A stretch of 64,000 bases of DNA from a plasmid: sequence record CP063550.1. One strand, given 5' to 3'. The first letter of the stretch is position 1; each line of letters opens with the position of its first letter. This document shows, piece by piece, positions 8,952-17,830 of this stretch. The notes beneath the pieces are model-generated. The model was not told the origin of the DNA. It saw only the letters and a program-made list of their open reading frames with translations, and did no database searches. A program made the position numbers and the translations under genes.

Positions 8952-11159
8952 ATGATGAAAACCGTTATTTTAGCAGAAAAGCCGTCACAAGCGAAAGCTT
9001 ATGCCGATAGCTTCTCTAAAGCCACTCGAAAAGACGGGTATTTTGAAATCCAAGATCGATTGTTTCCTGGTGAAACTGTGATCACGTATGGTTTTGGTCA
9101 TTTAGTCGAATTAGATTCGCCCGATATGTACGATGAAAATTGGAAACAATGGTCATTAGAACATTTGCCTATTTTCCCTACACATTATCACTATCATGTT
9201 CCTAAAGATAAGAAAAAGCAATTCAAGGTGGTGAAACAGCAACTTCAATCGGCCGACACCATTATTATTGCGACAGATAGCGATCGTGAAGGGGAACTGA
9301 TCGCTTGGACGATCATTCAACAAGTAGGCGCCGATCAAGGAAAAACCTTTAAAAGACTTTGGATCAACTCCTTAGAAAAAGAAGCCATTTATCAGGGATT
9401 CCAGCAGTTACGAGACGCAAAAGAGACCTATCCAAAATTTGAAGAAGCACAAGCACGTCAGATCGCCGATTGGTTAATTGGGATGAACGGTAGCCCACTG
9501 TATAGTTTACTCTTGCAGCAAAAAGGCATACCAGGAAGCTTTTCCTTAGGCAGAGTCCAAACCCCAACGCTTTACATGATTTATCAATTGCAGGAAAAGA
9601 TTAGAAATTTCAAGAAAGAACCTTATTTTGAAGGAAAATCCGAAGTAATCGCTCAAAATGGCGCATTTGATGCGAAGCTTGATCCGAATGAAACCCAAGC
9701 GACGCAAGAAGCATTTGAAGATTATTTAAAAGAAAAGGGGGTTCAATTGGGAAAACAGCCAGGCATGATTCGCCAAGTTGAAACCGAGAAAAAAAGCGCG
9801 GCAAGTCCACGTCTTTTTTCTCTATCCAGCCTTCAGTCTAAAATGAATCAGCTCATGAAAGCTAGTGCCAAAGACACTTTGGAAGCCATGCAAGGCTTGT
9901 ATGAAGGGAAATATCTAAGCTATCCACGAACAGACACCCCTTATATTACGGAAGGGGAGTATGCGTATTTGTTGGATCATTTAGATGAATACAAGCATTT
10001 TTTAAAGGCCGAATCAATCCCAACCCCTATTCATACGCCGAATAGTCGGTATGTGAATAACAAGAAAGTCCAGGAACATTACGCGATCATTCCTACAAAA
10101 ACGGTTATGACAGCAGCGGCTTTTGAACAACTAAGTCCACTGCAGCAGGCCATTTATGAACAAGTGTTAAAAACAACGGTGGCCATGTTTGCGGAAAAAT
10201 ATACCTATGAAGAAACAACGATCTTGACGCAAGTCCAGCAGCTTCAGTTAAAGGCAATCGGAAAAGTACCGATAGATCTAGGTTGGAAGAAGTTATTTGG
10301 CAAAGAGAACGACGGAAAAGAGAAGGAAGAAGAGCCGCTACTTCCTAAAGTGACAAAAGGAGAAATGGTGACGGTAGATCTACAAGTCCTTGAAAAAGAA
10401 ACCAAGCCACCACAGCCTTATACCGAAGGTACGTTGATCACGGCGATGAAAACAGCTGGGAAAACCGTTGATAGTGAAGAAGCGCAATCCATATTGAAAG
10501 AAGTGGAAGGAATCGGTACAGAAGCGACACGGGCGAATATTATTGAAACCTTGAAACAAAAGGAATATATCAAGGTAGAGAAAAATAAGCTCGTGGTGAC
10601 GAATAAAGGGATTTTGCTTTGCCAAGCCGTGGAAAAAGAGCCGCTGCTTACGAGTGCCGAAATGACCGCCAAATGGGAAAGCTACTTGTTAAAGATCGGT
10701 GAACGAAAAGGAACACAAACCACTTTTCTAGCCAATATCCAAAAATTTGTCTCTCACTTATTGGAAGTCGTACCAGGGCAAATCCAATCCACTGATTTTG
10801 GATCGACGTTACAAGAAGTGAAAGCAGCCAGTGAAAAACAGGAAGCAACGCGTCATTTAGGTGTTTGTCCAAAATGTCGGGAACAAGAAGTCTTGCTTTA
10901 TCAAAATGTGGCGGCATGTACGTCTGAAGCCTGTGATTTTAAATTATGGACAACGATTGCCAAAAAGAAACTCACAGCCACACAACTGAAAGAGATCATT
11001 CAAAACGGCCGAACAAGCCAATCAGTCAGAGGACTAAAAGGTCAGAAAGGTTCGTTTGAAGCAACGATCGTTTTAAAAGAAGACTTTACAACAGGCTTTG
11101 AATTTTCTGAAAAGAAAAAAACGAACTATAAGAAAAGAACACGCCGCACTACAAAATAA
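8952..11159 (+). CDS. topB: Type IA DNA topoisomerase (topoisomerase III)
   Basis: N-terminal Toprim segment MMKTVILAEKPSQAKAYADSF, a full-length Topo IA body, and C-terminal Cys-rich zinc ribbons. Start is ATG 8952 after a GGGAG ribosome-binding site. Confidence 0.9.
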   Translation: MMKTVILAEKPSQAKAYADSFSKATRKDGYFEIQDRLFPGETVITYGFGHLVELDSPDMYDENWKQWSLEHLPIFPTHYHYHVPKDKKKQFKVVKQQLQSADTIIIATDSDREGELIAWTIIQQVGADQGKTFKRLWINSLEKEAIYQGFQQLRDAKETYPKFEEAQARQIADWLIGMNGSPLYSLLLQQKGIPGSFSLGRVQTPTLYMIYQLQEKIRNFKKEPYFEGKSEVIAQNGAFDAKLDPNETQATQEAFEDYLKEKGVQLGKQPGMIRQVETEKKSAASPRLFSLSSLQSKMNQLMKASAKDTLEAMQGLYEGKYLSYPRTDTPYITEGEYAYLLDHLDEYKHFLKAESIPTPIHTPNSRYVNNKKVQEHYAIIPTKTVMTAAAFEQLSPLQQAIYEQVLKTTVAMFAEKYTYEETTILTQVQQLQLKAIGKVPIDLGWKKLFGKENDGKEKEEEPLLPKVTKGEMVTVDLQVLEKETKPPQPYTEGTLITAMKTAGKTVDSEEAQSILKEVEGIGTEATRANIIETLKQKEYIKVEKNKLVVTNKGILLCQAVEKEPLLTSAEMTAKWESYLLKIGERKGTQTTFLANIQKFVSHLLEVVPGQIQSTDFGSTLQEVKAASEKQEATRHLGVCPKCREQEVLLYQNVAACTSEACDFKLWTTIAKKKLTATQLKEIIQNGRTSQSVRGLKGQKGSFEATIVLKEDFTTGFEFSEKKKTNYKKRTRRTTK

Positions 11160-11174
11160 TGAAGGGGTTATCCT

Positions 11175-11324
11175 ATGCGAAATACAACACACAAACAACA
11201 AGAAATCGAAAATCAAAAAGCAAAAATTCGTTTAGAACAAGAGAAATTACGTGCAAATAAAAGAAGACTGCAACAATTAAAGAACCAGCAGCGCATTCAA
11301 AAAGAAATCGAATTAGATCGATAG
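11175..11324 (+). CDS. Small coiled-coil protein (49 aa), hypothetical
   Basis: ORF MRNTTHKQQEIENQKAKIRLEQEKLRANKRRLQQLKNQQRIQKEIELDR with a GAAGGGG ribosome-binding site. It is below the ORF-track size cutoff. Confidence 0.35.
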   Translation: MRNTTHKQQEIENQKAKIRLEQEKLRANKRRLQQLKNQQRIQKEIELDR

Positions 11325-11399
11325 ACGTTAATCTTGTTACAAATAAACTACTATGATATATTTGATGTAGTGTATTTGTAACGAAGGGAGGGGAAGTAA

Positions 11400-11993
11400 A
11401 TGCAAGATAAACTGAAAGAATTGTTGGCTATTCGCGATGGAAATTTATCTATGAAGGAAGCCAGGAAATTTGGAATCGCAGCAACCACTGTACAAAGATT
11501 GGTGAATCAAGGAAAATTGATCAAAGTTGATCGTGGTTATTATGTAGAGGATGGTCATGGAATAGATGATTTATTTTGGCTTCAGCAACGATTTTCCAGG
11601 GGAATCTTCTCTCATGAAACGACTTTAGATATTTACCAGCTTTCTACGAATATGCCGAAATTCATTCACTTAACTTTTCCCCATGGCTATAACGTTGATC
11701 GTTCAATTACAAAAGAGCAGCAGTTACAATTTCATTTCGTGAAGAAAGAAGTTTATGAACTAGGAAAAGTAGAGGGAACTTCCTTTCAAGGAAATCCTAT
11801 TACTATGTATGATAAAGAGCGTACACTTTGTGATATTTGGAATCCGAGATATGAATTTGAATATGAAATGAAATTAGAAGCATTAAAAGAGTACATGGAA
11901 GACCCATTGAGAGATCCAAGTAAATTAAGAGATTACATGACAAAACTACATGTAGAAAAAGAAATGAAATACCACATGCAAAGCTTATATTGA
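11400..11993 (+). CDS. abiEi: AbiEi-family antitoxin (type IV TA / abortive-infection transcriptional regulator)
   Basis: N-terminal winged-helix-like segment followed by the AbiEi fold pattern. It sits immediately upstream of the nucleotidyltransferase partner. Confidence 0.75.
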   Translation: MQDKLKELLAIRDGNLSMKEARKFGIAATTVQRLVNQGKLIKVDRGYYVEDGHGIDDLFWLQQRFSRGIFSHETTLDIYQLSTNMPKFIHLTFPHGYNVDRSITKEQQLQFHFVKKEVYELGKVEGTSFQGNPITMYDKERTLCDIWNPRYEFEYEMKLEALKEYMEDPLRDPSKLRDYMTKLHVEKEMKYHMQSLY

Positions 11994-12005
11994 TGGAGGA
12001 AAAAG

Positions 12006-12905
12006 ATGACACCGACACAATTTGCAGCAAAAACAAGAAATTTAGCAAAGAGTACAGGATTAAATGCACAGTTAGTGCAACGGCATTTTATGATGGATCG
12101 TCTAATTGAACAAATTTCTGAATCAAAGTACAAAAATGACTTCATTTTGAAAGGCGGCTTTTTATTAGGATCAAAATATGGAATCGATAGAAGGACAACA
12201 ATTGATATCGATACGACATTTAGAAATAGCAAATTAACTGAAGAAAAATTGAAGAGCATTTTTAATGATTTAACTAGAAAACCCACAAAAGAAGGCATTG
12301 TTTTCTCTATTCAAGGAATGAAGGAAACAAGAGAAGCCGATTTTTATCCTGGATTTCAAATTAAATTGGTGGCTAATTTAGAGAAAGTACGTGTACCGTT
12401 TAAAATGGACGTGACAACAGGAGATTCTATTTATCCTGAAGTAGATACACACTATCACCAATTAATGTTTGAAGATAAAAAAGTGGAGATTCCAGCTTAT
12501 CCAACAGAACAAATTATTGCAGAAAAGCTAAGTGCTACGTTCAGCTTTGGCACAGATAATTCGAGAGCAAAAGATTACTACGACTTATTTACCATTCCGA
12601 AACTAGAAAATATCGATACGAAAGAGTTATACAAAAGTGTTCGAAATACATTTACAAAACGTGGGGATACAAAACCGTTGTCCTTTTATTATGAAAGAGA
12701 AATGGATAAGATCAGAGGAAATGACTATTTGGAAAAGCAGTGGGAAAAATATCGCTCAGTTAACACGTTTGCGAATTCCATTTCATTTACAGATACAGTC
12801 AACGAAATTGATCACCTAATGAAAAGTGTGATCAAAATTGAAAATCAAGAAAGAAAACGGCAGTTTAAAAGATCACAACAAATGAATCAAGAAATGGAGA
12901 GATAA
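12006..12905 (+). CDS. abiEii: AbiEii/AbiGii-family nucleotidyltransferase toxin (DUF1814)
   Basis: N-terminal ...[26 protein letters not shown]... is typical of the AbiEii nucleotidyltransferase fold, and the gene is paired with abiEi. Confidence 0.8.
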   Translation: MTPTQFAAKTRNLAKSTGLNAQLVQRHFMMDRLIEQISESKYKNDFILKGGFLLGSKYGIDRRTTIDIDTTFRNSKLTEEKLKSIFNDLTRKPTKEGIVFSIQGMKETREADFYPGFQIKLVANLEKVRVPFKMDVTTGDSIYPEVDTHYHQLMFEDKKVEIPAYPTEQIIAEKLSATFSFGTDNSRAKDYYDLFTIPKLENIDTKELYKSVRNTFTKRGDTKPLSFYYEREMDKIRGNDYLEKQWEKYRSVNTFANSISFTDTVNEIDHLMKSVIKIENQERKRQFKRSQQMNQEMER

Positions 12906-12907
12906 AG

Positions 12908-13393
12908 ATGATCAATAATGTAACTTTAGTAGGACGCTTAACCAAAGATCCAGATTTACGTTATACCGCGAGTGGTACTGCAGTAGCGACTTTTACCCTA
13001 GCTGTCAACCGAAATTTCACGAATCAAAACGGCAATCGAGAAGCTGATTTTATTAACTGTGTGATTTGGCGCAAACCAGCAGAAACGATGGCGACATTAG
13101 CTAAAAAGGGCAGTTTGATCGGCGTTGTTGGACGGATTCAAACCCGAACCTACGATAACCAACAAGGACAACGTGTGTATGTGACAGAAGTTGTGGCCGA
13201 TAATTTCCAACTATTAGAAAGTAAAGCAGCGACAGAAAGCCGTGCGCACGCTGATCAATCGTCCAGCAGTCCAAGCCCTACCACCTTTGAACAACGGGAT
13301 GTAGCTACGCCTAACAACAATGGATTGAACGCTTCACAAAATCCATTTGGCGGACAATCAATCGATATTAGTGATGATGATTTACCATTCTGA
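12908..13393 (+). CDS. ssb: Single-stranded DNA-binding protein
   Basis: OB-fold N-terminus ([16 protein letters not shown]), a Q/G/S-rich linker, and the acidic C-terminal tip DDDLPF. Confidence 0.9.
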   Translation: MINNVTLVGRLTKDPDLRYTASGTAVATFTLAVNRNFTNQNGNREADFINCVIWRKPAETMATLAKKGSLIGVVGRIQTRTYDNQQGQRVYVTEVVADNFQLLESKAATESRAHADQSSSSPSPTTFEQRDVATPNNNGLNASQNPFGGQSIDISDDDLPF

Positions 13394-13504
13394 TTGTAAA
13401 AGATCAATAAAGTTGTTATAATGGATACGAAAAGAGGAGTTGCGCTAACAACTCCCCTAACAGCACCGTTTAAGACGGTGACCAGCTTAATATTATTTTT
13501 GAAA

Positions 13505-13545
13505 AATAATCGTCGACCGGCTAAAGCTGACGGTTATTTTTTTTG
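13505..13545. terminator. Bidirectional terminator between ssb and a convergent small ORF
   Basis: Imperfect hairpin AATAATCGTCGAC...CTGACGGTTATT with a U-rich tract on both strands. Confidence 0.5.
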
Positions 13546-13611
13546 ATTGTTGTTTACAACTGCTAAGATTCCAAAAATGATTGTTGCGATCAAAGAACCG
13601 AAACTAATCAT
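13534..13611 (-). CDS. Candidate type I toxin-like hydrophobic peptide (25 aa)
   Basis: MISFGSLIATIIFGILAVVNNNQKK has a single transmembrane helix and a basic tail. It is convergent with ssb and shares its terminator. A TATAAT lies ~130 bp upstream on the minus strand, implying a long 5' UTR. Confidence 0.3.
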   Translation of the reverse strand: MISFGSLIATIIFGILAVVNNNQKK

Positions 13612-13811
13612 TAATCCTAGCGCCGTTTCAACAGGCAAAAGGCTTCTCCTTTCTGTAAGATTTTGGAAGTACGCACATACGCACCACCTCACTTTCAATC
13701 GGATAGCCACCGTCACAAACTTTACTGTCTTGATCATTATAGCATATCTAAAATCGAATAAAAATTCTCAATTTTAGCTGTTTTTGCTATAATTTTAGCG
13801 AGGTGATCGTG

Positions 13812-14072
13812 ATGAACAAATATGTTGGTTTGCTTGATAAAATCCGAGTAATAAAAACACAACCATTATTGGTTCGCTTTACTTTACAAACAATTCATGA
13901 ATCGATTAATTGTGTAGTTGCAGATATTGAAATTATCGATAAATTGTTAATTATGGATGATGGAAAATACAATATTGCCGTCACAGGTCATTTCAATAAA
14001 CGGAATCAATTAGTCATTGAATCGATGCAAATTAGAAACCCCGATCATTTTACGCGATCGATGGGCATATAA
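13812..14072 (+). CDS. Hypothetical protein
   Basis: ORF with GAGGTGA ribosome-binding site and a downstream terminator at 14077-14114. Confidence 0.45.
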   Translation: MNKYVGLLDKIRVIKTQPLLVRFTLQTIHESINCVVADIEIIDKLLIMDDGKYNIAVTGHFNKRNQLVIESMQIRNPDHFTRSMGI

Positions 14073-14076
14073 AAGA

Positions 14077-14114
14077 AGAGCTGCAGTCCTAAATGAGGAT
14101 TGCAGCTCTTTTTG
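14077..14114 (+). terminator. Rho-independent terminator
   Basis: Hairpin AGAGCTGCAGTCC...GGATTGCAGCTCT followed by TTTTTG. Confidence 0.7.
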
Positions 14115-14189
14115 TTTTACATAGAAACAGGAAAAGACCTTTTTAGGAAGACACAAGTGCCTTCTCAATTGAAAAACCTTTCTCTCACT

Positions 14190-14420
14190 CCAACCGCCAC
14201 CGCCGTTCGAGAAGAAAGGAAGTGAACGTTGCACGTTCACTAAGATATGGTGTCTTGCAAAGCAAGACAAAATAGAAAAAACTTCCTCTCACCAAAAGGT
14301 TCGTTCCTGTTCGCTATCTCTTTATTGATTTGCCAGACCGGCAACAAGTTGCCTTTTATCACCAAAAAGCGACAAGGACAAGGGTAAATGGCACGCTGCG
14401 CGCCCTTGTCCTTGTCGCTT
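14190..14420. promoter_or_regulatory. Hairpin-rich noncoding locus with a GC-rich CCAACCGCCACCGCCG motif and an 18-bp perfect inverted repeat (14368-14420)
   Basis: Four short hairpins (GTGAACG/CGTTCAC, GTCTTGC/GCAAGAC, GGCAAC/GTTGCC) plus AGCGACAAGGACAAGGG...CCCTTGTCCTTGTCGCT. No ORF. Confidence 0.4.
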
Positions 14421-14508
14421 TTCGTTGATTCATTCTGGCCAACAAATCAATAAAGAAAGAACTAACGAAAGGAAATAAAACCTTTCCTAAGAGGAGGCAG
14501 AATCAATC

Positions 14509-14715
14509 ATGCGAAAGAAATTTGATTATTGGGGTGTTCCCTTCAGCGAATTATTCCCAAACTATCATGCACCACATACTGTCGAATGCGATTGTGGAGA
14601 AAGAGCGAAATGTATCAAAAGCTATCGTTTGTATCAATGTCCAACATGCGGGAAAAAATATACCTTGTCTTATGGCGATTATGTTTTGATTGATGAGAAA
14701 GTAAAGAAACGGTGA
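14509..14715 (+). CDS. Small zinc-ribbon protein (four Cys: CDCG...CPTCG)
   Basis: ORF with GAGGAGG ribosome-binding site and a Cys pair spacing typical of a zinc ribbon. Confidence 0.5.
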   Translation: MRKKFDYWGVPFSELFPNYHAPHTVECDCGERAKCIKSYRLYQCPTCGKKYTLSYGDYVLIDEKVKKR

Positions 14716-14966
14716 TGAAAACACAACACAAATTATTGACTGTAAAAGAAGTCGTTCAAATTTTGGTGGACAAAGAAGTCATTTCTGAAAAAGTAGCAGA
14801 AGCTTTACTTATTCCGCGGTACTGGACGATAGAAACCCCTTTAGTAGAGGATGCACCGACTATGCTATTTGAAGACCTAGTGAAGATTGCAGGATATGAA
14901 CTGCATTATCAAGAAAACATGGAAACTTATGAAATCGAATATTGGTTAACCAAATTAGAGAACTAA
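14712..14966 (+). CDS. Hypothetical protein
   Basis: Start overlaps the stop of the upstream gene, which suggests operon membership. Confidence 0.45.
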   Translation: MMKTQHKLLTVKEVVQILVDKEVISEKVAEALLIPRYWTIETPLVEDAPTMLFEDLVKIAGYELHYQENMETYEIEYWLTKLEN

Positions 14967-14980
14967 AAAGGAGAAAAAAT

Positions 14981-15418
14981 ATGGCTCAAAATTACTATGA
15001 CGAATTTGTCAAATTACCTTTGGATAAAATGGCACAAAAAATGGAGGATATGACGTTCCTATACCATGAAACACGTGTACCCAAAAAACATTACAAGGAA
15101 AAATTGTCAGTCGCAGTGGAAGAAATGATTGAATCAGGTGTCGAAATGAATCTCATTGCGACGTACTATCGAACACTGGAAGAACTGAAAAAACAAAATG
15201 GAAAATGGTTTTTCCAAGCCTTACTATGCTTGGAAGTAGGTGTCAAACCAAGCACTATCAAACCTTCCGAATATCAAGCCTTAGAACTGACTTATGCAAA
15301 ATTCGCACAGATTAAGAAAGCTAAAGCAATGGCTAGCGACTGGCTAGATACTTTTGAAAATATCGAAAAAAATGGTGCATTTTATACGATTGAATCGGAG
15401 GAGAAAGATAATGAATAA
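14981..15418 (+). CDS. Hypothetical protein
   Basis: AAAGGAGA ribosome-binding site before ATG 14981. The listed ORF has an upstream extension. Confidence 0.5.
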   Translation: MAQNYYDEFVKLPLDKMAQKMEDMTFLYHETRVPKKHYKEKLSVAVEEMIESGVEMNLIATYYRTLEELKKQNGKWFFQALLCLEVGVKPSTIKPSEYQALELTYAKFAQIKKAKAMASDWLDTFENIEKNGAFYTIESEEKDNE

Positions 15419-16118
15419 GGTGGTTTATCAGCTAACAACAGAAGATGTTTCGCAATTTTTAACAAACAAAGAACACTTGAATGAAGTAATCAGACGGATT
15501 CAAAAAGACTTTAGTTGTATGGAAGAAATGAAGTACTTTATTCAAAGAGTGGAAGAACAGTTGTATATGGAAAGTGAAACGAGTCAAACGAAGGTTACAG
15601 TCAGCCATAATCGTTTAGACGTGTATAAACGTCGTCCTGACACATTAAAAAAAGGAGCGGAGCTTCTACGACTAGAAACAGAAAAATATATCATGAATGT
15701 TTACCTAGAAAGGAGTGAGCTGGTCGAAAACTTTGTCAGCTACACGATTTGCAGGAAACACTATTACTCAGAATCAGAATATTATTCAATTTTTGAGAGC
15801 ATGGAATTAATGGAAGAAGAAATGGAAGAGCTAAACAGCAAAGATGCGACGGTAGACGATTATTACCTTGTATTTACTAGATTTTTGACGTGTGGGACGG
15901 AATCTATCGTGTTAATGGGAATGGATTATGAACTCACTGTACCCGAAGCATTTTTGAGGGAATATGTAGAAGAAGTAGATAACCCAGGCGACGACTGGTA
16001 CACGACTTTAACTGATTTTTTAGACACCTACACTTACGACGATACAGAAGAAATCCAAAATGAACTTGACCGTAAACGAATGCCATATCAACGATTTGAA
16101 AGGAAAAAAGGTCAATAA
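15411..16118 (+). CDS. Hypothetical strongly acidic protein
   Basis: ATG 15411 overlaps the stop of the upstream gene, with a GGAGGAG ribosome-binding site. The C-terminus is D/E/Y-rich (DNPGDDWYTTLTDFLDTYTYDDTEE). Confidence 0.5.
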   Translation: MNKVVYQLTTEDVSQFLTNKEHLNEVIRRIQKDFSCMEEMKYFIQRVEEQLYMESETSQTKVTVSHNRLDVYKRRPDTLKKGAELLRLETEKYIMNVYLERSELVENFVSYTICRKHYYSESEYYSIFESMELMEEEMEELNSKDATVDDYYLVFTRFLTCGTESIVLMGMDYELTVPEAFLREYVEEVDNPGDDWYTTLTDFLDTYTYDDTEEIQNELDRKRMPYQRFERKKGQ

Positions 16119-16188
16119 CCATTTATACCGAAAAGTGAGGATGTGTGAAATAAGAACAAAAAACCTTGAAATTAAGGGAATGGTTCTT

Positions 16189-16238
16189 ATTTCGCACCAA
16201 TCGATCCAACCGCCCCCGCCGCTTAGGTGGTGCGAAAT
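16189..16238. promoter_or_regulatory. 11-bp inverted repeat ATTTCGCACCA/TGGTGCGAAAT enclosing the GC-rich motif CCAACCGCCCCCGCCG
   Basis: Direct reading. The motif recurs at 14190. Confidence 0.4.
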
Positions 16239-16282
16239 AAGCGGGCAAAGCCCGATAACCTAAGAGAAAGAAGGAGATCCAT

Positions 16283-16483
16283 ATGAATAAAATCATTCCT
16301 CTATTGTTCGTACTGTTTGTTGGCGAGATACTTATGCGTCATGGTGCAGCTCTACATTTAAACTTCGTAGTATTCTTAGGAATACTGGTATTTTGTTTGA
16401 TCTTTTGGCGCTTTGTGTTAACCCTTGTGAGTCTAATATTCAAGTTGATTGCAGCCATATTTTTAATAGGGTTATTTCGATGA
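16283..16483 (+). CDS. Small hydrophobic (two-helix) membrane protein
   Basis: GAAGGAG ribosome-binding site. 66 aa, almost entirely hydrophobic. Confidence 0.4.
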   Translation: MNKIIPLLFVLFVGEILMRHGAALHLNFVVFLGILVFCLIFWRFVLTLVSLIFKLIAAIFLIGLFR

Positions 16484-16498
16484 AAGGAGAGAGTACTA

Positions 16499-16678
16499 AT
16501 GCCAATTGCAATAGGAAATAAACGGTTACCCGTGACGTTGGATGAAAAGAGACAAAAAGAATTGCAGCAACTAAAGCAGAAGTACGGCAAAAGTGAATCC
16601 AGGATTATGTGTATTGCGTTAGATTTATTGATTGCCCAAGAAAAAGCAGGATTTGAGGTACCAGCACTCAAAAAGTGA
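16499..16678 (+). CDS. Ribbon-helix-helix-like small DNA-binding protein (59 aa)
   Basis: AAAGGAG ribosome-binding site. The N-terminus has a beta-strand-like KRLPVTLDE followed by helical segments. It is below the ORF-track cutoff. Confidence 0.45.
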   Translation: MPIAIGNKRLPVTLDEKRQKELQQLKQKYGKSESRIMCIALDLLIAQEKAGFEVPALKK

Positions 16679-16777
16679 CGTCACTTTTTATCCTAAAAAC
16701 TAAAAGTGATAGCACTTTTAATTATAAGAAGTTAGAATATTAATCATTTGCTTAATTGTACAATATAATGTACAATT
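16671..16777. promoter_or_regulatory. Operator-like palindromes: AAAAGTGACGTCACTTTT (16671), AAAAGTGATAGCACTTTT (16702), and AATTGTACA-N6-TGTACAATT spanning the -10 element (16754-16777)
   Basis: Direct reading. These lie immediately upstream of axe-txe. Confidence 0.5.
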
Positions 16778-16808
16778 GTTTTATAGAAATAAATAAGGGG
16801 TGAAAGGA

Positions 16809-17078
16809 ATGGAAGCAGTAGCTTATTCAAATTTCCGCCAAAATTTACGTAGTTATATGAAACAAGTTAATGAGGATGCTGAAACACTTATTGTAACAAG
16901 TAAAGATGTAGAAGATACAGTTGTTGTATTATCAAAAAGAGATTATGATTCTATGCAAGAAACGTTGAGAACACTTTCTAATAATTACGTCATGGAAAAA
17001 ATTCGTCGAGGAGATGAACAATTCTCCAAAGGTGCATTTAAAACACATGACTTAATCGAGGTTGAATCTGATGATTAA
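16809..17078 (+). CDS. axe: Axe antitoxin (Phd/YefM family)
   Basis: MEAVAYSNFRQNLRSYMKQV... has a Phd/YefM fold and matches the Axe protein of enterococcal Axe-Txe. It overlaps the downstream toxin gene. Confidence 0.85.
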   Translation: MEAVAYSNFRQNLRSYMKQVNEDAETLIVTSKDVEDTVVVLSKRDYDSMQETLRTLSNNYVMEKIRRGDEQFSKGAFKTHDLIEVESDD

Positions 17079-17328
17079 GGCTTGGTCTGATGATGCTTGG
17101 GATGATTATCTTTATTGGCATGAGCAAGGAAACAAAAGCAATATAAAAAAGATTAACAAGTTAATAAAAGATATCGATCGTTCCCCCTTTGCTGGATTAG
17201 GAAAACCTGAGCCATTAAAGCATGATTTATCTGGAAAATGGTCCAGAAGAATTACAGATGAACATAGACTGATATATAGAGTTGAAAATGAAACGATATT
17301 TATTTATTCTGCAAAAGATCACTATTAA
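17071..17328 (+). CDS. txe: Txe toxin (YoeB/RelE family mRNA interferase)
   Basis: MIKAWSDDAWDDYLYWHEQ...IFIYSAKDHY is the YoeB/Txe signature. Its start overlaps the axe stop. Confidence 0.85.
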   Translation: MIKAWSDDAWDDYLYWHEQGNKSNIKKINKLIKDIDRSPFAGLGKPEPLKHDLSGKWSRRITDEHRLIYRVENETIFIYSAKDHY

Positions 17329-17830
17329 CCAATCGGAAGTAAGGAAAGGGTCAGAAACTTAAAAGTTTTTGATCCTTATTTTATTTACCCTAGTCATTTA
17401 AAAAGCTAATATAGCTTAGTGTTGATTGTTATTAATGAATGTGTTTGTTACGCGTATTACGGATATAAGGTTAGTAAAATCATTTCTAAAGTTGAGGAAA
17501 AGTAAATATAAATGGCTTAAATTTCAACAATTTGAAGTTGAATAGATATGTTATAATACTATTGTAGTGTGGGATGTTAGTTACTAAAGGATGACGCTTA
17601 TATATATGACTGAATAGAATAAGCAATAGGTTTAATAATCTATTTTAAATTTTTTGTACTAGTTTTAGTTAATTAGCAAAAACAACAAAAATAAACTTCT
17701 CATAGAATTTAGCTAAAAATTAATGATTTATTTACATCGCCGATTGTAAAATTAAGCTAGACAACTAAAAAAGTCATTTGTGCTACACTCAAAATAGTTC
17801 CGTCCAAAGAATTATAAGGAGTGAGTACAA

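Noticed and set aside
9156-10917. Minus-strand ORFs inside topB
   Set aside because: They are antisense shadow ORFs within a highly confident topoisomerase gene.
13547-14270. ORFs 13547..13777 (+) and 14010..14270 (-)
   Set aside because: They overlap the candidate toxin peptide, the terminator or the hairpin region on the opposite strand. They have no ribosome-binding site, and their translations are unremarkable.
16339-16671. A 110-aa minus-strand ORF
   Set aside because: It is antisense to two plus-strand genes that have good ribosome-binding sites.
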